IMG/VR virus record: IMGVR_UViG_3300043442_000189
Length of the DNA stretch: 23,610 nt
Strand: one strand, 5' to 3'
Source: a virus
Positions 6,498 to 15,192 of this stretch are shown here, one piece after another (positions within the stretch are counted from its first letter, which is position 1; every line of letters begins with the position of its first letter). The position numbers were made by a program, and so were the translations under genes. Below the pieces are notes generated by a model. The model saw only the letters and a program-made list of their open reading frames with translations, was not told where the DNA came from and ran no database searches.

Positions 6498-6845
6498 ATG
6501 GTTAAAGCAACAAACAACAAAGGGTTTTCATTAACCTTCGAGAACGGATTTACTATATCTGTTCAGTTCGGTTACGGTAATTACTGTGACAATGGTCGTC
6601 ATCCTGACGGATTTGAATTCTCTAAAAAGCAAGAGGTAACAGAGTCTTCTAATGCAGAGATTGCAATATGGGATGCTGATGGACAGTGGTATGTATTCTA
6701 TAACGGTGATACCGTAATGGGATATTGTTCCGCAAATGATATTGCTGAATGGATTGACAAGGTAAGCAAACTTCCCGCTGATTATATCAGTATGAAGAAC
6801 GATGCTGATTTAAACGCTTTAGAGTCACAATCTTATGAAGGATAG
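6498..6845 (+). CDS. Hypothetical phage protein
   Basis: 115 aa; GFSLTFENGFTISVQFGYGNYC pattern looks like a phage-type small protein; A-rich leader. Confidence 0.85.
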   Translation: MVKATNNKGFSLTFENGFTISVQFGYGNYCDNGRHPDGFEFSKKQEVTESSNAEIAIWDADGQWYVFYNGDTVMGYCSANDIAEWIDKVSKLPADYISMKNDADLNALESQSYEG

Positions 6846-7050
6846 TGCTCCCGTTTATTGGCAAATGCGTAATGGTGAATTGATATCCGTAGATGATATG
6901 GATGTCAATCACCTTCGCAATGTTCTCAAAATGATTATCCGTAACTCTAAAACTACTCGTAAGAAGGATGCATTTCTGCAGAACTTCATAGAAGAAGAGA
7001 TTAATGAAATCGAAAGACAACAAGAAGAAGAGTCAGACTATCCATACTAA
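6835..7050 (+). CDS. Hypothetical phage protein
   Basis: 71 aa, overlaps upstream stop; WQMRNGELISVDDMDVNHLRN. Confidence 0.8.
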   Translation: MKDSAPVYWQMRNGELISVDDMDVNHLRNVLKMIIRNSKTTRKKDAFLQNFIEEEINEIERQQEEESDYPY

Positions 7051-7080
7051 AATGCGGGGGAACAATCCCCTGCATTTATT
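7050..7080 (+). terminator. Terminator hairpin
   Basis: AAATGCGGGGGA-ACAA-TCCCCTGCATTT. Confidence 0.7.
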
Positions 7081-7106
7081 ATTATTAACCTAATACCATA
7101 TTAAAA

Positions 7107-7199
7107 ATGGAAGAAAAAGAGTTTAAACAAGGATTATTAGCGGGAGTGCTAATAATGAGTACCGTTTTATTGTATGTTTTACTATTAATACTATTATAA
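7107..7199 (+). CDS. 30-aa single-TM peptide (MEEKEFKQGLLAGVLIMSTVLLYVLLLILL), absent from ORF track
   Basis: Fills the gap between the terminator and 7202; preceded by AACCTAAT, a motif-like variant. Confidence 0.55.
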   Translation: MEEKEFKQGLLAGVLIMSTVLLYVLLLILL

Positions 7200-7201
7200 G
7201 A

Positions 7202-7525
7202 ATGGAAGATTTAGATTTTGGTTCTCTGTATGAGAACTTTGAGAAAGAACAGTCGTATCTTTCTGCGGAAAAGGAACAAGTTCCGGTTTGTTACAACTAC
7301 TACTCTAAAGTGGTTAAGTTTAACTACACAGGGGATAATCTACCCGTGTTTTTGTTTGTGTATGATTTTGATGAAAACAAAGACGAGTTATATGCTACAG
7401 TTATTAAATCACATTGTCCCGAGTATTATCCAGGTGAGAAAGTTACTCTAATTCCACAGTTTACTGCGATTATAGAGAACTTTGACATTATTGAGCATAA
7501 GAAAGAGACCGAAATCCTATTTTAG
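7202..7525 (+). CDS. Hypothetical protein
   Basis: 107 aa, tiles with neighbours. Confidence 0.75.
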   Translation: MEDLDFGSLYENFEKEQSYLSAEKEQVPVCYNYYSKVVKFNYTGDNLPVFLFVYDFDENKDELYATVIKSHCPEYYPGEKVTLIPQFTAIIENFDIIEHKKETEILF

Positions 7526-7526
7526 T

Positions 7527-8402
7527 ATGAGTTCAAGACAGATATTAAACGGTCTCGAAAGTCTGCAAAGACATAGAGAGTTCTTTACATTCTCTCCCGA
7601 AAGACAGCGTATGGAATACTACCTAAATAAAAATTGGTATAATACTAACTATGTGTACTTGTACTCTGATGATGACAAGGTATGTTTAGCCAATGAAATA
7701 CGTAGAGTTAGAATTGGTACCACAGGTAAAGCATGGGCACAGAGTGATAAAGACAGAAGGGGTCTTACCTATGACAAGAAAACTAAAAAGGTTAAGTTAT
7801 GGTATAACTCTAACATGTATAGTTTCAGTCAGCATGAAATGAACTCTTTATTTGATCATATGGAAGTGAGTTGGTTCAAAGATACATACGATGTACTCAC
7901 TGGATTAGTTACACCTACTATGCTTGGTAAAGTATTTAGTGGTAAGATTACTGATGAACTCGGATTTTGTAAAGAGTTTATCAAATCTAAACCTTGGTTA
8001 AAGAACAGTGATGTTACACCTGAAAAGTTAGAAAGTTTGTTAGCACATATGCGCACAAATAATATGGTTAGATTAGGCGCTTTCATACAGTCTTTCTCCG
8101 TTGCTAAATCAGGTAGAGATCTTTGTGATCAGATTATCAATGGTAACTCAAATAAGTACCATCTGATATATCAAGTAATTGCACAAGCACTTGCCCTGAA
8201 TGAGAAGATAGACTTCTCTAAAGATGTAGAAGAGATTATGAAGTTAGAAGAACAGTTTAACAAGATGATGATGCGACTCAAGTTAGAGACTAATCCTAAT
8301 GTAGCATTGGTTAAAAATGGTGATAGACTAGATGAGGTTCATAATCATCCCTCATATGCACGTCAAGAACCATTGCTTGATTTAGTAATGCAAGACTTAT
8401 AG
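7527..8402 (+). CDS. Hypothetical phage protein (291 aa)
   Basis: Long ORF; ATG at 7527 one base after the upstream stop. Confidence 0.85.
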   Translation: MSSRQILNGLESLQRHREFFTFSPERQRMEYYLNKNWYNTNYVYLYSDDDKVCLANEIRRVRIGTTGKAWAQSDKDRRGLTYDKKTKKVKLWYNSNMYSFSQHEMNSLFDHMEVSWFKDTYDVLTGLVTPTMLGKVFSGKITDELGFCKEFIKSKPWLKNSDVTPEKLESLLAHMRTNNMVRLGAFIQSFSVAKSGRDLCDQIINGNSNKYHLIYQVIAQALALNEKIDFSKDVEEIMKLEEQFNKMMMRLKLETNPNVALVKNGDRLDEVHNHPSYARQEPLLDLVMQDL

Positions 8403-8404
8403 TT

Positions 8405-8436
8405 TAAACCCCTGAGATTTATATCTTGGGGGTTTA
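8405..8436. terminator. Bidirectional terminator between convergent genes
   Basis: TAAACCCCTGAGAT...ATCTTGGGGGTTTA between stops at 8402 (+) and 8434 (-). Confidence 0.7.
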
Positions 8437-8667
8437 ATTATTCTTTGCTGATGCTTTAATAAACAAGTGTTGTTTCTCTTGTTCAGCTGCCATGATTGCC
8501 ATCAATCCTCTTAGTTCTTCATATGTGAATTGAACTACAAGATTATCTTCTTCGTTAAGTACTTGTATTTTCTCTTCATCTATGTAGATCATAGGTTGTG
8601 TGTAATCGTCCTCGTCTTCATCGAATCCGGGAGGTGCAAAGAGTCCTGCTTTTAAGTATGTTGCCAT
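8434..8667 (-). CDS. Small acidic hypothetical protein
   Basis: 77 aa, 2 nt downstream of the phosphoesterase. Confidence 0.75.
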   Translation of the reverse strand: MATYLKAGLFAPPGFDEDEDDYTQPMIYIDEEKIQVLNEEDNLVVQFTYEELRGLMAIMAAEQEKQHLFIKASAKNN

Positions 8668-8669
8668 AG

Positions 8670-9677
8670 TTATAGTACTTTACCGTCTATGATTAATTTA
8701 TTATCTACTGAAAATGTACCATCTGGTTTTACATCTACTGTAGCAAAACCGTGTACCCATTCTGTATGGGTGTTCATATATTCCGCGTCTAGTTCACATA
8801 GGCATCCTGTTGACCAAGAACCGTGTACTGTACCATCTATATCTTTAGTAAGATGCTCTGACTTTCTATGGAAGTGTCCGCATATTACAGATGATTTAGT
8901 TTTTAGGTACATGTTACGTGCTGGGTTTACAGTTCCTCCGCCTTTGTACTCGTGACCGTGAATGATATTGAGGTTGCCTGCTTTTATAGTTGTAAACTTT
9001 TCAACTAGATGGACTCTATTTTCACCAAACTTCAAGAGAATAGGTATCTCAAACTCGTCTGTTCCTATCCATTCAGGTGCTTTAAGTTTTAACCAGCGCT
9101 CAAGGCGCATCTCATGGTTACCTATCTTATAGTATATCAGTGCGTTAGGAAATACTTGTCTCATTGCAGAGATAAACCATCTACCTTGTTCTAATTCTTC
9201 ACGCATCTTAGGTTTACTCGGATCTTTATCAAATGATGATAGACCATAGAAGTCTAGGATGTCACCGTTGAGAATGATTGTGTCGGGTTTATATTCTTTG
9301 AGATAATCTATTGCTGCTACTAGAGCTTCTTCATCGTGGTAAGGAAAGTGTATATCGGATAATACTCCTATACGTTGTGATCCCTTACCTAGTGTGAGTA
9401 CAGTCGCTTTCTCTTTGTAGGATTTTGGTATATTATCAAAGGGATTGTAGTTGTATGTAGGTTCTCTTAGTAGATCTTTGTCAGCAACAATTTCTCTATT
9501 AGGTTTTCCTCGTAGACCAGCGTAGTATCTTATCATATCTCTTACATCTTCTACAGATTTAAAGTAGTCAGGTTTCTCGGAGTAGATAAGTTTTGCAAGG
9601 GTAAGAATGGGAGTTGTTTTGTACTTTGAAAGGTAAGATTTTACAACCTCACCTTTCTTTGTTGATTTGCTAGCCAT
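8670..9677 (-). CDS. Calcineurin-like metallophosphoesterase
   Basis: Motifs SDIH, GDILD, GNHE, HGHE and GHFH in order. Confidence 0.9.
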   Translation of the reverse strand: MASKSTKKGEVVKSYLSKYKTTPILTLAKLIYSEKPDYFKSVEDVRDMIRYYAGLRGKPNREIVADKDLLREPTYNYNPFDNIPKSYKEKATVLTLGKGSQRIGVLSDIHFPYHDEEALVAAIDYLKEYKPDTIILNGDILDFYGLSSFDKDPSKPKMREELEQGRWFISAMRQVFPNALIYYKIGNHEMRLERWLKLKAPEWIGTDEFEIPILLKFGENRVHLVEKFTTIKAGNLNIIHGHEYKGGGTVNPARNMYLKTKSSVICGHFHRKSEHLTKDIDGTVHGSWSTGCLCELDAEYMNTHTEWVHGFATVDVKPDGTFSVDNKLIIDGKVL

Positions 9678-9715
9678 ATAGTAAAGGTAAGAAAATTTAA
9701 TTTAATAACAAAATT

Positions 9716-10165
9716 ATGGGATTTCACGTACATGTGGATAGAGACCACATTAAGCAGAAGTTAAAGTTTCATCTGACTAAACTAGATGACGTGCACATAG
9801 ACCAGATAGCTGATGTAATGGACCAGATGAATAGTAATCAAGCTGCTATTATATTCAAATCTCTAGATGGATATGTATATAAAGATCATCCGTGGGTTAT
9901 CGGTGACAGCGTTATGATACATAAAGACTACCTCTATACTAATAGATATGACGAGAATGCTATGGAAGAGTATGGTATCATAGATGAGAATGGTCTTGTA
10001 GAATGTAGGATAATCAGGATAAGCAAGCTTGAGAGTGAGATGAGAGTACAGTATAAACGAGTAGATACTGATGGTTCACATGGTACCGCAGAGTGGTCTT
10101 GCGATATAAATAAAATAGAAAGAACCGTGGGTCTAGAGAGACCGAACTTAAATGATTTATTATGA
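9716..10165 (+). CDS. Hypothetical protein
   Basis: 149 aa, A-rich leader. Confidence 0.8.
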   Translation: MGFHVHVDRDHIKQKLKFHLTKLDDVHIDQIADVMDQMNSNQAAIIFKSLDGYVYKDHPWVIGDSVMIHKDYLYTNRYDENAMEEYGIIDENGLVECRIIRISKLESEMRVQYKRVDTDGSHGTAEWSCDINKIERTVGLERPNLNDLL

Positions 10166-10356
10166 ACGAGAGTCAAGATAAACGTGCCGTATACATGGGC
10201 ACATTCGAAGCGTATAAGAAAACAACCGGTAAGCAGTTAGTAGAATTTGTGGATATAACCAAGGACATTTGGAAATTTACAAGTAAACATACTGTTATAC
10301 TATATTGTATTTCTTTGAGTGCATTAGCACTAAGTATTGTAGCATTAGCTATATAA
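10162..10356 (+). CDS. Small protein with C-terminal TM helix
   Basis: ATGA overlap; hydrophobic C-terminus. Confidence 0.7.
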   Translation: MNESQDKRAVYMGTFEAYKKTTGKQLVEFVDITKDIWKFTSKHTVILYCISLSALALSIVALAI

Positions 10357-10412
10357 TGTAAACTATTTAAAGTTCTGAGTACTAACCATTTGGTATTTCA
10401 CTAACTTTGATT

Positions 10413-10685
10413 ATGCTATATCAGCTTCCCACAGGAAAAGTAGTTTGGTTAGAGGTAGAGGATGTTCTTAACCTCTCTAAAGAAGACCTACAGTTCCTGA
10501 TTGCGATCAACGCTGGTGAGCATGTACATAATCCATTTAAGTACTCATCTGTAGAGCAATCGGAGAAACCCGATGACCTTGTAGAAACAGAAGAAGAAGA
10601 AGTAGAAACTTACTATGAGGAGTTCTTCCCAGATGAGTTTCCAGACTTGTTGGATGATGGTATTCATTTAGAATTTGATGACTGA
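10413..10685 (+). CDS. Hypothetical phage protein with acidic C-terminus
   Basis: MLYQLPTGKVVWL...; ATG 3 nt after TAACTTTG. Confidence 0.8.
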   Translation: MLYQLPTGKVVWLEVEDVLNLSKEDLQFLIAINAGEHVHNPFKYSSVEQSEKPDDLVETEEEEVETYYEEFFPDEFPDLLDDGIHLEFDD

Positions 10686-10722
10686 TACTCAGTCTGTTTG
10701 TTGTTTGTGTTTTGTTTTGTTT

Positions 10723-10754
10723 AGTGGGGGAGTAAAATCCCCCATTATTTTTTT
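10723..10754 (+). terminator. Intrinsic terminator
   Basis: AGTGGGGGA-GTAAAA-TCCCCCATT plus T tract. Confidence 0.8.
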
Positions 10755-10781
10755 CTGTAAATTTTTAAATCCTTAATAAAA

Positions 10782-11249
10782 ATGAGTAAATATCAAAAGG
10801 TCGTTTACGACGGGAGAATGAGTTCTTATCAGAAGTATGGTGCTTCTTTTAAGAAAATTCAATTCGAGAAGGATCCATTCAATTCTTACCAGAATTTCTT
10901 GTACAAGCGTGCGTTATTTGGACTTTCTGTATATCAGAAAGATGAGCTTGAAAAGATGCATTGGGATAAGAAGAGAAGGATCGAGAAAGTGCATGAGCGT
11001 GCACAAAAAGTATTAAATCTCTGGAAACAAGAGATGACTGACCAGTGGTTGGGTGCTGTTTTATCTACTGTATTTCATCATAGTAGTTTGGTCAAAGAAC
11101 TAAACGAAAAATTTGGTGGTGAAACAGATGATCAGTACATTAGCAAAGTAGATTTTAAGTCATTGGGTATAAGTAAAGCACAAATTGTGCAGAAACTTAT
11201 CCAAGAAAAGATTCTACCTGCTAATTTTTATCAACTAACTGGTGAATAA
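10782..11249 (+). CDS. Hypothetical phage protein
   Basis: 155 aa, A-rich leader. Confidence 0.85.
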   Translation: MSKYQKVVYDGRMSSYQKYGASFKKIQFEKDPFNSYQNFLYKRALFGLSVYQKDELEKMHWDKKRRIEKVHERAQKVLNLWKQEMTDQWLGAVLSTVFHHSSLVKELNEKFGGETDDQYISKVDFKSLGISKAQIVQKLIQEKILPANFYQLTGE

Positions 11250-11560
11250 TGGAACTACACGGTCTGACAAATGAAGAGATTCTTTTTGTATACATGAGCA
11301 ACAAGAAGAGAATAGAAACATATTCTTTAATCCTTGAAAAACGCGGAGTATATAACGAACTTGAAATACCAGAAGTGGGTTACATTTCCGTATTCAGAAA
11401 TATGAATGAGGAGGACCTAGCAGATATGCTAGAGTCCCCTCATTACAAAATCTGTTTGCAAATTCAAGACAAACTCGAACCAATTGTCGACATGATTCAA
11501 GAGAATCTTCCAGAAGAGTATAAAAAAATAAGTGAAATCTTTAAAGACTTAGAAGAATGA
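11249..11560 (+). CDS. Hypothetical protein
   Basis: TAATG coupling with the upstream gene. Confidence 0.8.
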   Translation: MELHGLTNEEILFVYMSNKKRIETYSLILEKRGVYNELEIPEVGYISVFRNMNEEDLADMLESPHYKICLQIQDKLEPIVDMIQENLPEEYKKISEIFKDLEE

Positions 11561-11772
11561 AAACTACATTTATCGTAAATGGTAAGACACAACTTGTACT
11601 TACCCCAGAAACAGATACCGAGAAGGTATTACTTGCAGCATTAGTTAAACAATCAGATCGTATGATTACAGATCTTTCAGAAGATAGTCAATATGGTAGA
11701 ACATATGGTCATGGTTCTCTTTTGATAACTAGTCAAGCAAAAGTACATGCAAGCGAAGAAGAAGCTGTGTAG
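11557..11772 (+). CDS. Hypothetical protein
   Basis: ATGA overlap. Confidence 0.75.
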   Translation: MKTTFIVNGKTQLVLTPETDTEKVLLAALVKQSDRMITDLSEDSQYGRTYGHGSLLITSQAKVHASEEEAV

Positions 11773-12160
11773 TGGTTGTAATCAATTAGAATACATTTGG
11801 AAGAAAGAGGGGTTAGAGAGATATTGCAAGAATTGCTGGAGTTGCCATAACAAAAGTAAGAAAAGCGCTAAACCAACTAGTAAAAAACCTCTCTCCCCTC
11901 GATCTTCTAAACAGCAGAAGTTAGAAGCGTTGTATTCTATACTGAGAACTAAGTATCTACAACATCATCCGTACTGTGAAGCACATCTTCCAGGATGTCA
12001 AATCAATGCATCAGACATACATCATAAGAAAGGTAGAACAGGAGATCTAATGTTAGATGATACTGAGTTCCTTGCTGTATGTAGAACATGTCATGGTTGG
12101 ATTGAGACACATCCTGAAGAAGCTAAAGTATTAGATCTATCTAAATCAAGAGAGTCATGA
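11747..12160 (+). CDS. HNH-family endonuclease with N-terminal Zn finger
   Basis: CxxC...CxxC, then CEAHLPGC...DIHHKKGR...CRTCHGWIETHP. Confidence 0.8.
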   Translation: MQAKKKLCSGCNQLEYIWKKEGLERYCKNCWSCHNKSKKSAKPTSKKPLSPRSSKQQKLEALYSILRTKYLQHHPYCEAHLPGCQINASDIHHKKGRTGDLMLDDTEFLAVCRTCHGWIETHPEEAKVLDLSKSRES

Positions 12161-12465
12161 GTAAGATGAAAGAAGTTATGATGCATCCTTGGGGTTATGG
12201 TGTTGACGTGCGAGTTTACTTTGATGGTGTTAAAGATTGTATGTATCACACTGCGTATCTGCAAGGTGATATTACACATAACATGCTGAAGAGATTAATA
12301 AACGTTGCAGGTCAAGATCATCCAGAGGGTGTGCCTAGTAAACAACCAATTAAAGCAGAGTTATATGTGTATAGAATGTATGGTAAGGATAAAGAGTACC
12401 AGCAGTTCTGTAGATCATTAACTATGTCAGAAAAACAATGTAAAGAAGTATGGAGCTATGAGTAA
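12157..12465 (+). CDS. Hypothetical protein
   Basis: ATGA overlap. Confidence 0.75.
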   Translation: MSKMKEVMMHPWGYGVDVRVYFDGVKDCMYHTAYLQGDITHNMLKRLINVAGQDHPEGVPSKQPIKAELYVYRMYGKDKEYQQFCRSLTMSEKQCKEVWSYE

Positions 12466-13552
12466 ATCAAAGCAAGAAGTGCAAGATGATGCACTTGAGG
12501 TGTTACAAGATTATAACCGTGCTACTGCTGCAGTAAGCATGGGTGTAGGTAAGACTTTAATTGGTCTTCGACATATGGAGCAGAACTTTAAATCAGGAAG
12601 AAAGTTTCTGGTTGTAGCTCCAAAGTTAGCAATTTTAAAGTCGTGGGAAGATGAAGCGCGCAAGTTTAATCTTGAGTATTTGCTTGATCACATAGACTTT
12701 ACAACGTATTTGTCATTGACAAAACAGCATTTGAACTATTACATGGTGTATCTAGATGAGTGTCACAACTTGTTATATACCCATGAACCTTGGTTAGCAC
12801 AATACAAAGGAAGAATACTTGGTTTAACTGGTACTCCTCCTAAAGTAAAGAAATCAGAAAAGGGTGCTATGGTCAACAAGTATTGTCCTGTAGTGTATGA
12901 ATACATTACAGATCATGCTGTTGAAGATGGTATCCTTAATGATTATAGTATAGTTGTACACTTGCTGAGTCTTGATGCTCGTAAGAACTATATGAAGAAA
13001 ACCAAGAGTGGTAAACAGTTTCCGTCAAGTGAATTCTCCGATTACAATTATTGGTCAGAACGATTACTTACTGCAAACTATGGTAAGGAAGAACAGATAC
13101 TCCGTGTGATGCGTATGAAAGCGCTCATGAGTTATCCTAGTAAGACCAAGTACGCTATTGACTTGTTTAACTCTATTACAGATAAGTGTATCTTATTTGC
13201 TAATACACAAGAACAAGCGGATAGTATGTGCACATATAGTTATCATAGTAAGAATCCGAATTCTGAACAGAATCTACAAGATTTTAAGAATGGTAACATC
13301 GACAAACTATCTTGTGTACTGCAGTTAAACGAGGGTGTTAATATCCCCGATCTAAAACAAGGTATTATAATGCATGCATATGGTAATGAACGAAAAAGTA
13401 CTCAGCGTATTGGTCGTTTGTTACGTTTGAATCCTAATCAAAAGTCTATAGTACACATATTATGTTATGAAGATACTGTTGATTATACTTGGGTATGTAA
13501 AGCATTAGAAGACTTTGATCAATCAAAAATTAAATACGTAAAAAAACAATGA
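12458..13552 (+). CDS. Superfamily 2 (DExH) helicase
   Basis: MGVGKT Walker A, DECH, LTGT, LNEGVNIP, QRIGRLLR motifs. Confidence 0.9.
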   Translation: MSKSKQEVQDDALEVLQDYNRATAAVSMGVGKTLIGLRHMEQNFKSGRKFLVVAPKLAILKSWEDEARKFNLEYLLDHIDFTTYLSLTKQHLNYYMVYLDECHNLLYTHEPWLAQYKGRILGLTGTPPKVKKSEKGAMVNKYCPVVYEYITDHAVEDGILNDYSIVVHLLSLDARKNYMKKTKSGKQFPSSEFSDYNYWSERLLTANYGKEEQILRVMRMKALMSYPSKTKYAIDLFNSITDKCILFANTQEQADSMCTYSYHSKNPNSEQNLQDFKNGNIDKLSCVLQLNEGVNIPDLKQGIIMHAYGNERKSTQRIGRLLRLNPNQKSIVHILCYEDTVDYTWVCKALEDFDQSKIKYVKKQ

Positions 13553-13824
13553 GTAACTTACCTAGTGGTGCAGAAAATGATTCACGGGCACCGTGGAATG
13601 AATACGATAATCTATGTAGATACTGTGATTCTGATGTACTATATGACTTCTTTATGGAAGAAGTAGCAAAGGACTTAGGAGTTCAAATGATGGAATTTGA
13701 TTCAGAAGAAGACTATCTGGAGTTCTTACATGAGCAAGCAGAATTTAATTTATCTGAACAACCTTTATGTAAACAATGCGCTAAAGAAGAATACTATGAT
13801 GACGATGATGACCGCGACCTATGA
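13549..13824 (+). CDS. Acidic hypothetical protein with CxxC pairs
   Basis: NLPSGAENDSRAPWNE N-terminus; CRYC and CKQC; poly-Asp tail. Confidence 0.75.
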   Translation: MSNLPSGAENDSRAPWNEYDNLCRYCDSDVLYDFFMEEVAKDLGVQMMEFDSEEDYLEFLHEQAEFNLSEQPLCKQCAKEEYYDDDDDRDL

Positions 13825-14089
13825 TACTGACGTATTAGAAGAAACTGAAGTTGTTACTACGTCAGAGGAAGAGAGTAAGATTATTCTATATAATGATCAT
13901 GTAAACTCTTTTGAACATGTGATTATGTGCTTAGTAGCATTCTGTGATCATGGGTTTACCCAAGCAGAACAGTGTGCATTTATAGTACATAACAAAGGCA
14001 AATGTGCAGTAAAACACGGTAGTAAAGAAGATATGCTAGAGCGTGCAAAAAAATTATCTGAAGAACATTTGACTGTAGAAGTAATCTGA
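13805..14089 (+). CDS. clpS: ATP-dependent Clp protease adaptor ClpS
   Basis: IILYNDHVNSFEHVI...QAEQCAFIVHNKGKCAVKHG matches the ClpS core; exact start uncertain (ATGs at 13796-13808). Confidence 0.85.
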   Translation: MMTATYDTDVLEETEVVTTSEEESKIILYNDHVNSFEHVIMCLVAFCDHGFTQAEQCAFIVHNKGKCAVKHGSKEDMLERAKKLSEEHLTVEVI

Positions 14090-14098
14090 TTATATTTG
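14068..14098 (+). promoter_or_regulatory. Bacteroidota consensus sigma promoter
   Basis: TTTG (14068-14071), 19 nt spacer, TATATTTG (14091-14098). Confidence 0.65.
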
Positions 14099-14138
14099 TG
14101 GTGTGTACTTGTTTACATTGTTATGTGTTTTGATTTAG

Positions 14139-14171
14139 CTAGAAGAGGAGAAACGTCTCCTCTTTTAGTTT
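14139..14171 (+). terminator. Terminator hairpin
   Basis: CTAGAAGAGGAGA-AACG-TCTCCTCTTTTAG. Confidence 0.75.
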
Positions 14172-14184
14172 AAAACTATTTATC

Positions 14185-14478
14185 ATGAAAACTAAAAAGA
14201 AAACTAAGGAAGAAGTAGCAAAAGACCTAATCAATGCAATGTTTACTATTGCTGGTTATGATACTACCTTCGATGATGTTGCTAAAGAACCTGATGGTTA
14301 CTATGAAAGATATACCTGGTCTCCTGAACAAGAGAAAGAATGGATATCTTGGGCAACAGATTATGTAAAGAAACATTTAAAGCAACGTTCTACCTATGCT
14401 GATAGAGAGGTTGCTATGTTTAACCTATGTTATGGTCTCCGGACTGTATTTCCACAAACAGAAATTGACGCAGCATGA
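14185..14478 (+). CDS. Hypothetical phage protein
   Basis: 97 aa. Confidence 0.8.
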   Translation: MKTKKKTKEEVAKDLINAMFTIAGYDTTFDDVAKEPDGYYERYTWSPEQEKEWISWATDYVKKHLKQRSTYADREVAMFNLCYGLRTVFPQTEIDAA

Positions 14479-14777
14479 GACCAGGAACCAGAGTAGTATG
14501 CGTAGATGATTCTATGATACCAGAGATTGCTGAATGGCAACCAAAACATTGTCCTAATTGGGTAAAGAAAGATCAAGAATATACTATCCGGTTATTTGAT
14601 GATAATGCAGGTATAGTAGATGGTGTTTTACTTGAAGAAGTTAGAAATCCTATTGTTTATCTTAGTAAATGGGGTAGAGTCATAGAACCTAGGTTTGCTA
14701 CGTGGAGGTTCCGAGAAATTGCAGAACCAGAATCTGAAGAATCATCTATAGAAACTTGGAAAGTTCTTGCAGTATAA
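14475..14777 (+). CDS. Hypothetical phage protein (SH3-like GxRVVCVDD start)
   Basis: ATGA overlap. Confidence 0.8.
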   Translation: MRPGTRVVCVDDSMIPEIAEWQPKHCPNWVKKDQEYTIRLFDDNAGIVDGVLLEEVRNPIVYLSKWGRVIEPRFATWRFREIAEPESEESSIETWKVLAV

Positions 14778-14803
14778 TTACTTTTGTTACAAATAAACCA
14801 ACT

Positions 14804-15082
14804 ATGTTCAAAGAATTACGCGGAAAACGCATCTTGGTTGAGAGACCCGAAAGACCAAAATCTCTTATTGAATTGACTCCTGAAGCTGAACAAGAAGCAG
14901 CTATTCAGTTTGTAAAGACCTTAAACAAGTTACCTGTTGCTGCAGTAGGGACTGATGTTACCAACATTAAAGTTGGAGACTTGGTTTATACTGGTATGGG
15001 TATCACCAATTGTGAAGTGCTTGAAATAGATGAGAAACTCTATTTCGTAGTACCTGAGCAGATGGTTATCATTGTTTGGTAA
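14804..15082 (+). CDS. groES: GroES-like co-chaperonin
   Basis: LRGKRILVE...VAAVGTDVTNIKVGDLVY fits the GroES/Cpn10 fold; TACTTTTG box at 14779-14786 upstream. Confidence 0.7.
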   Translation: MFKELRGKRILVERPERPKSLIELTPEAEQEAAIQFVKTLNKLPVAAVGTDVTNIKVGDLVYTGMGITNCEVLEIDEKLYFVVPEQMVIIVW

Positions 15083-15087
15083 AATCC

Positions 15088-15192
15088 GTAGTACAGATAG
15101 TCGAGTAGGTAGCTTCTACTCACCCCAGTTGAGGAATACTCTCCGTAAGGACGTCTATCCGGAGTGACGTATAGCACTGGGTTCTGTACTAC
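15088..15192 (+). ncRNA. Putative structured RNA domain
   Basis: GTAGTACAGA/TCTGTACTAC closing stem with internal GAGTAG/CTACTC and CCCAGT/ACTGGG stems. Confidence 0.4.
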
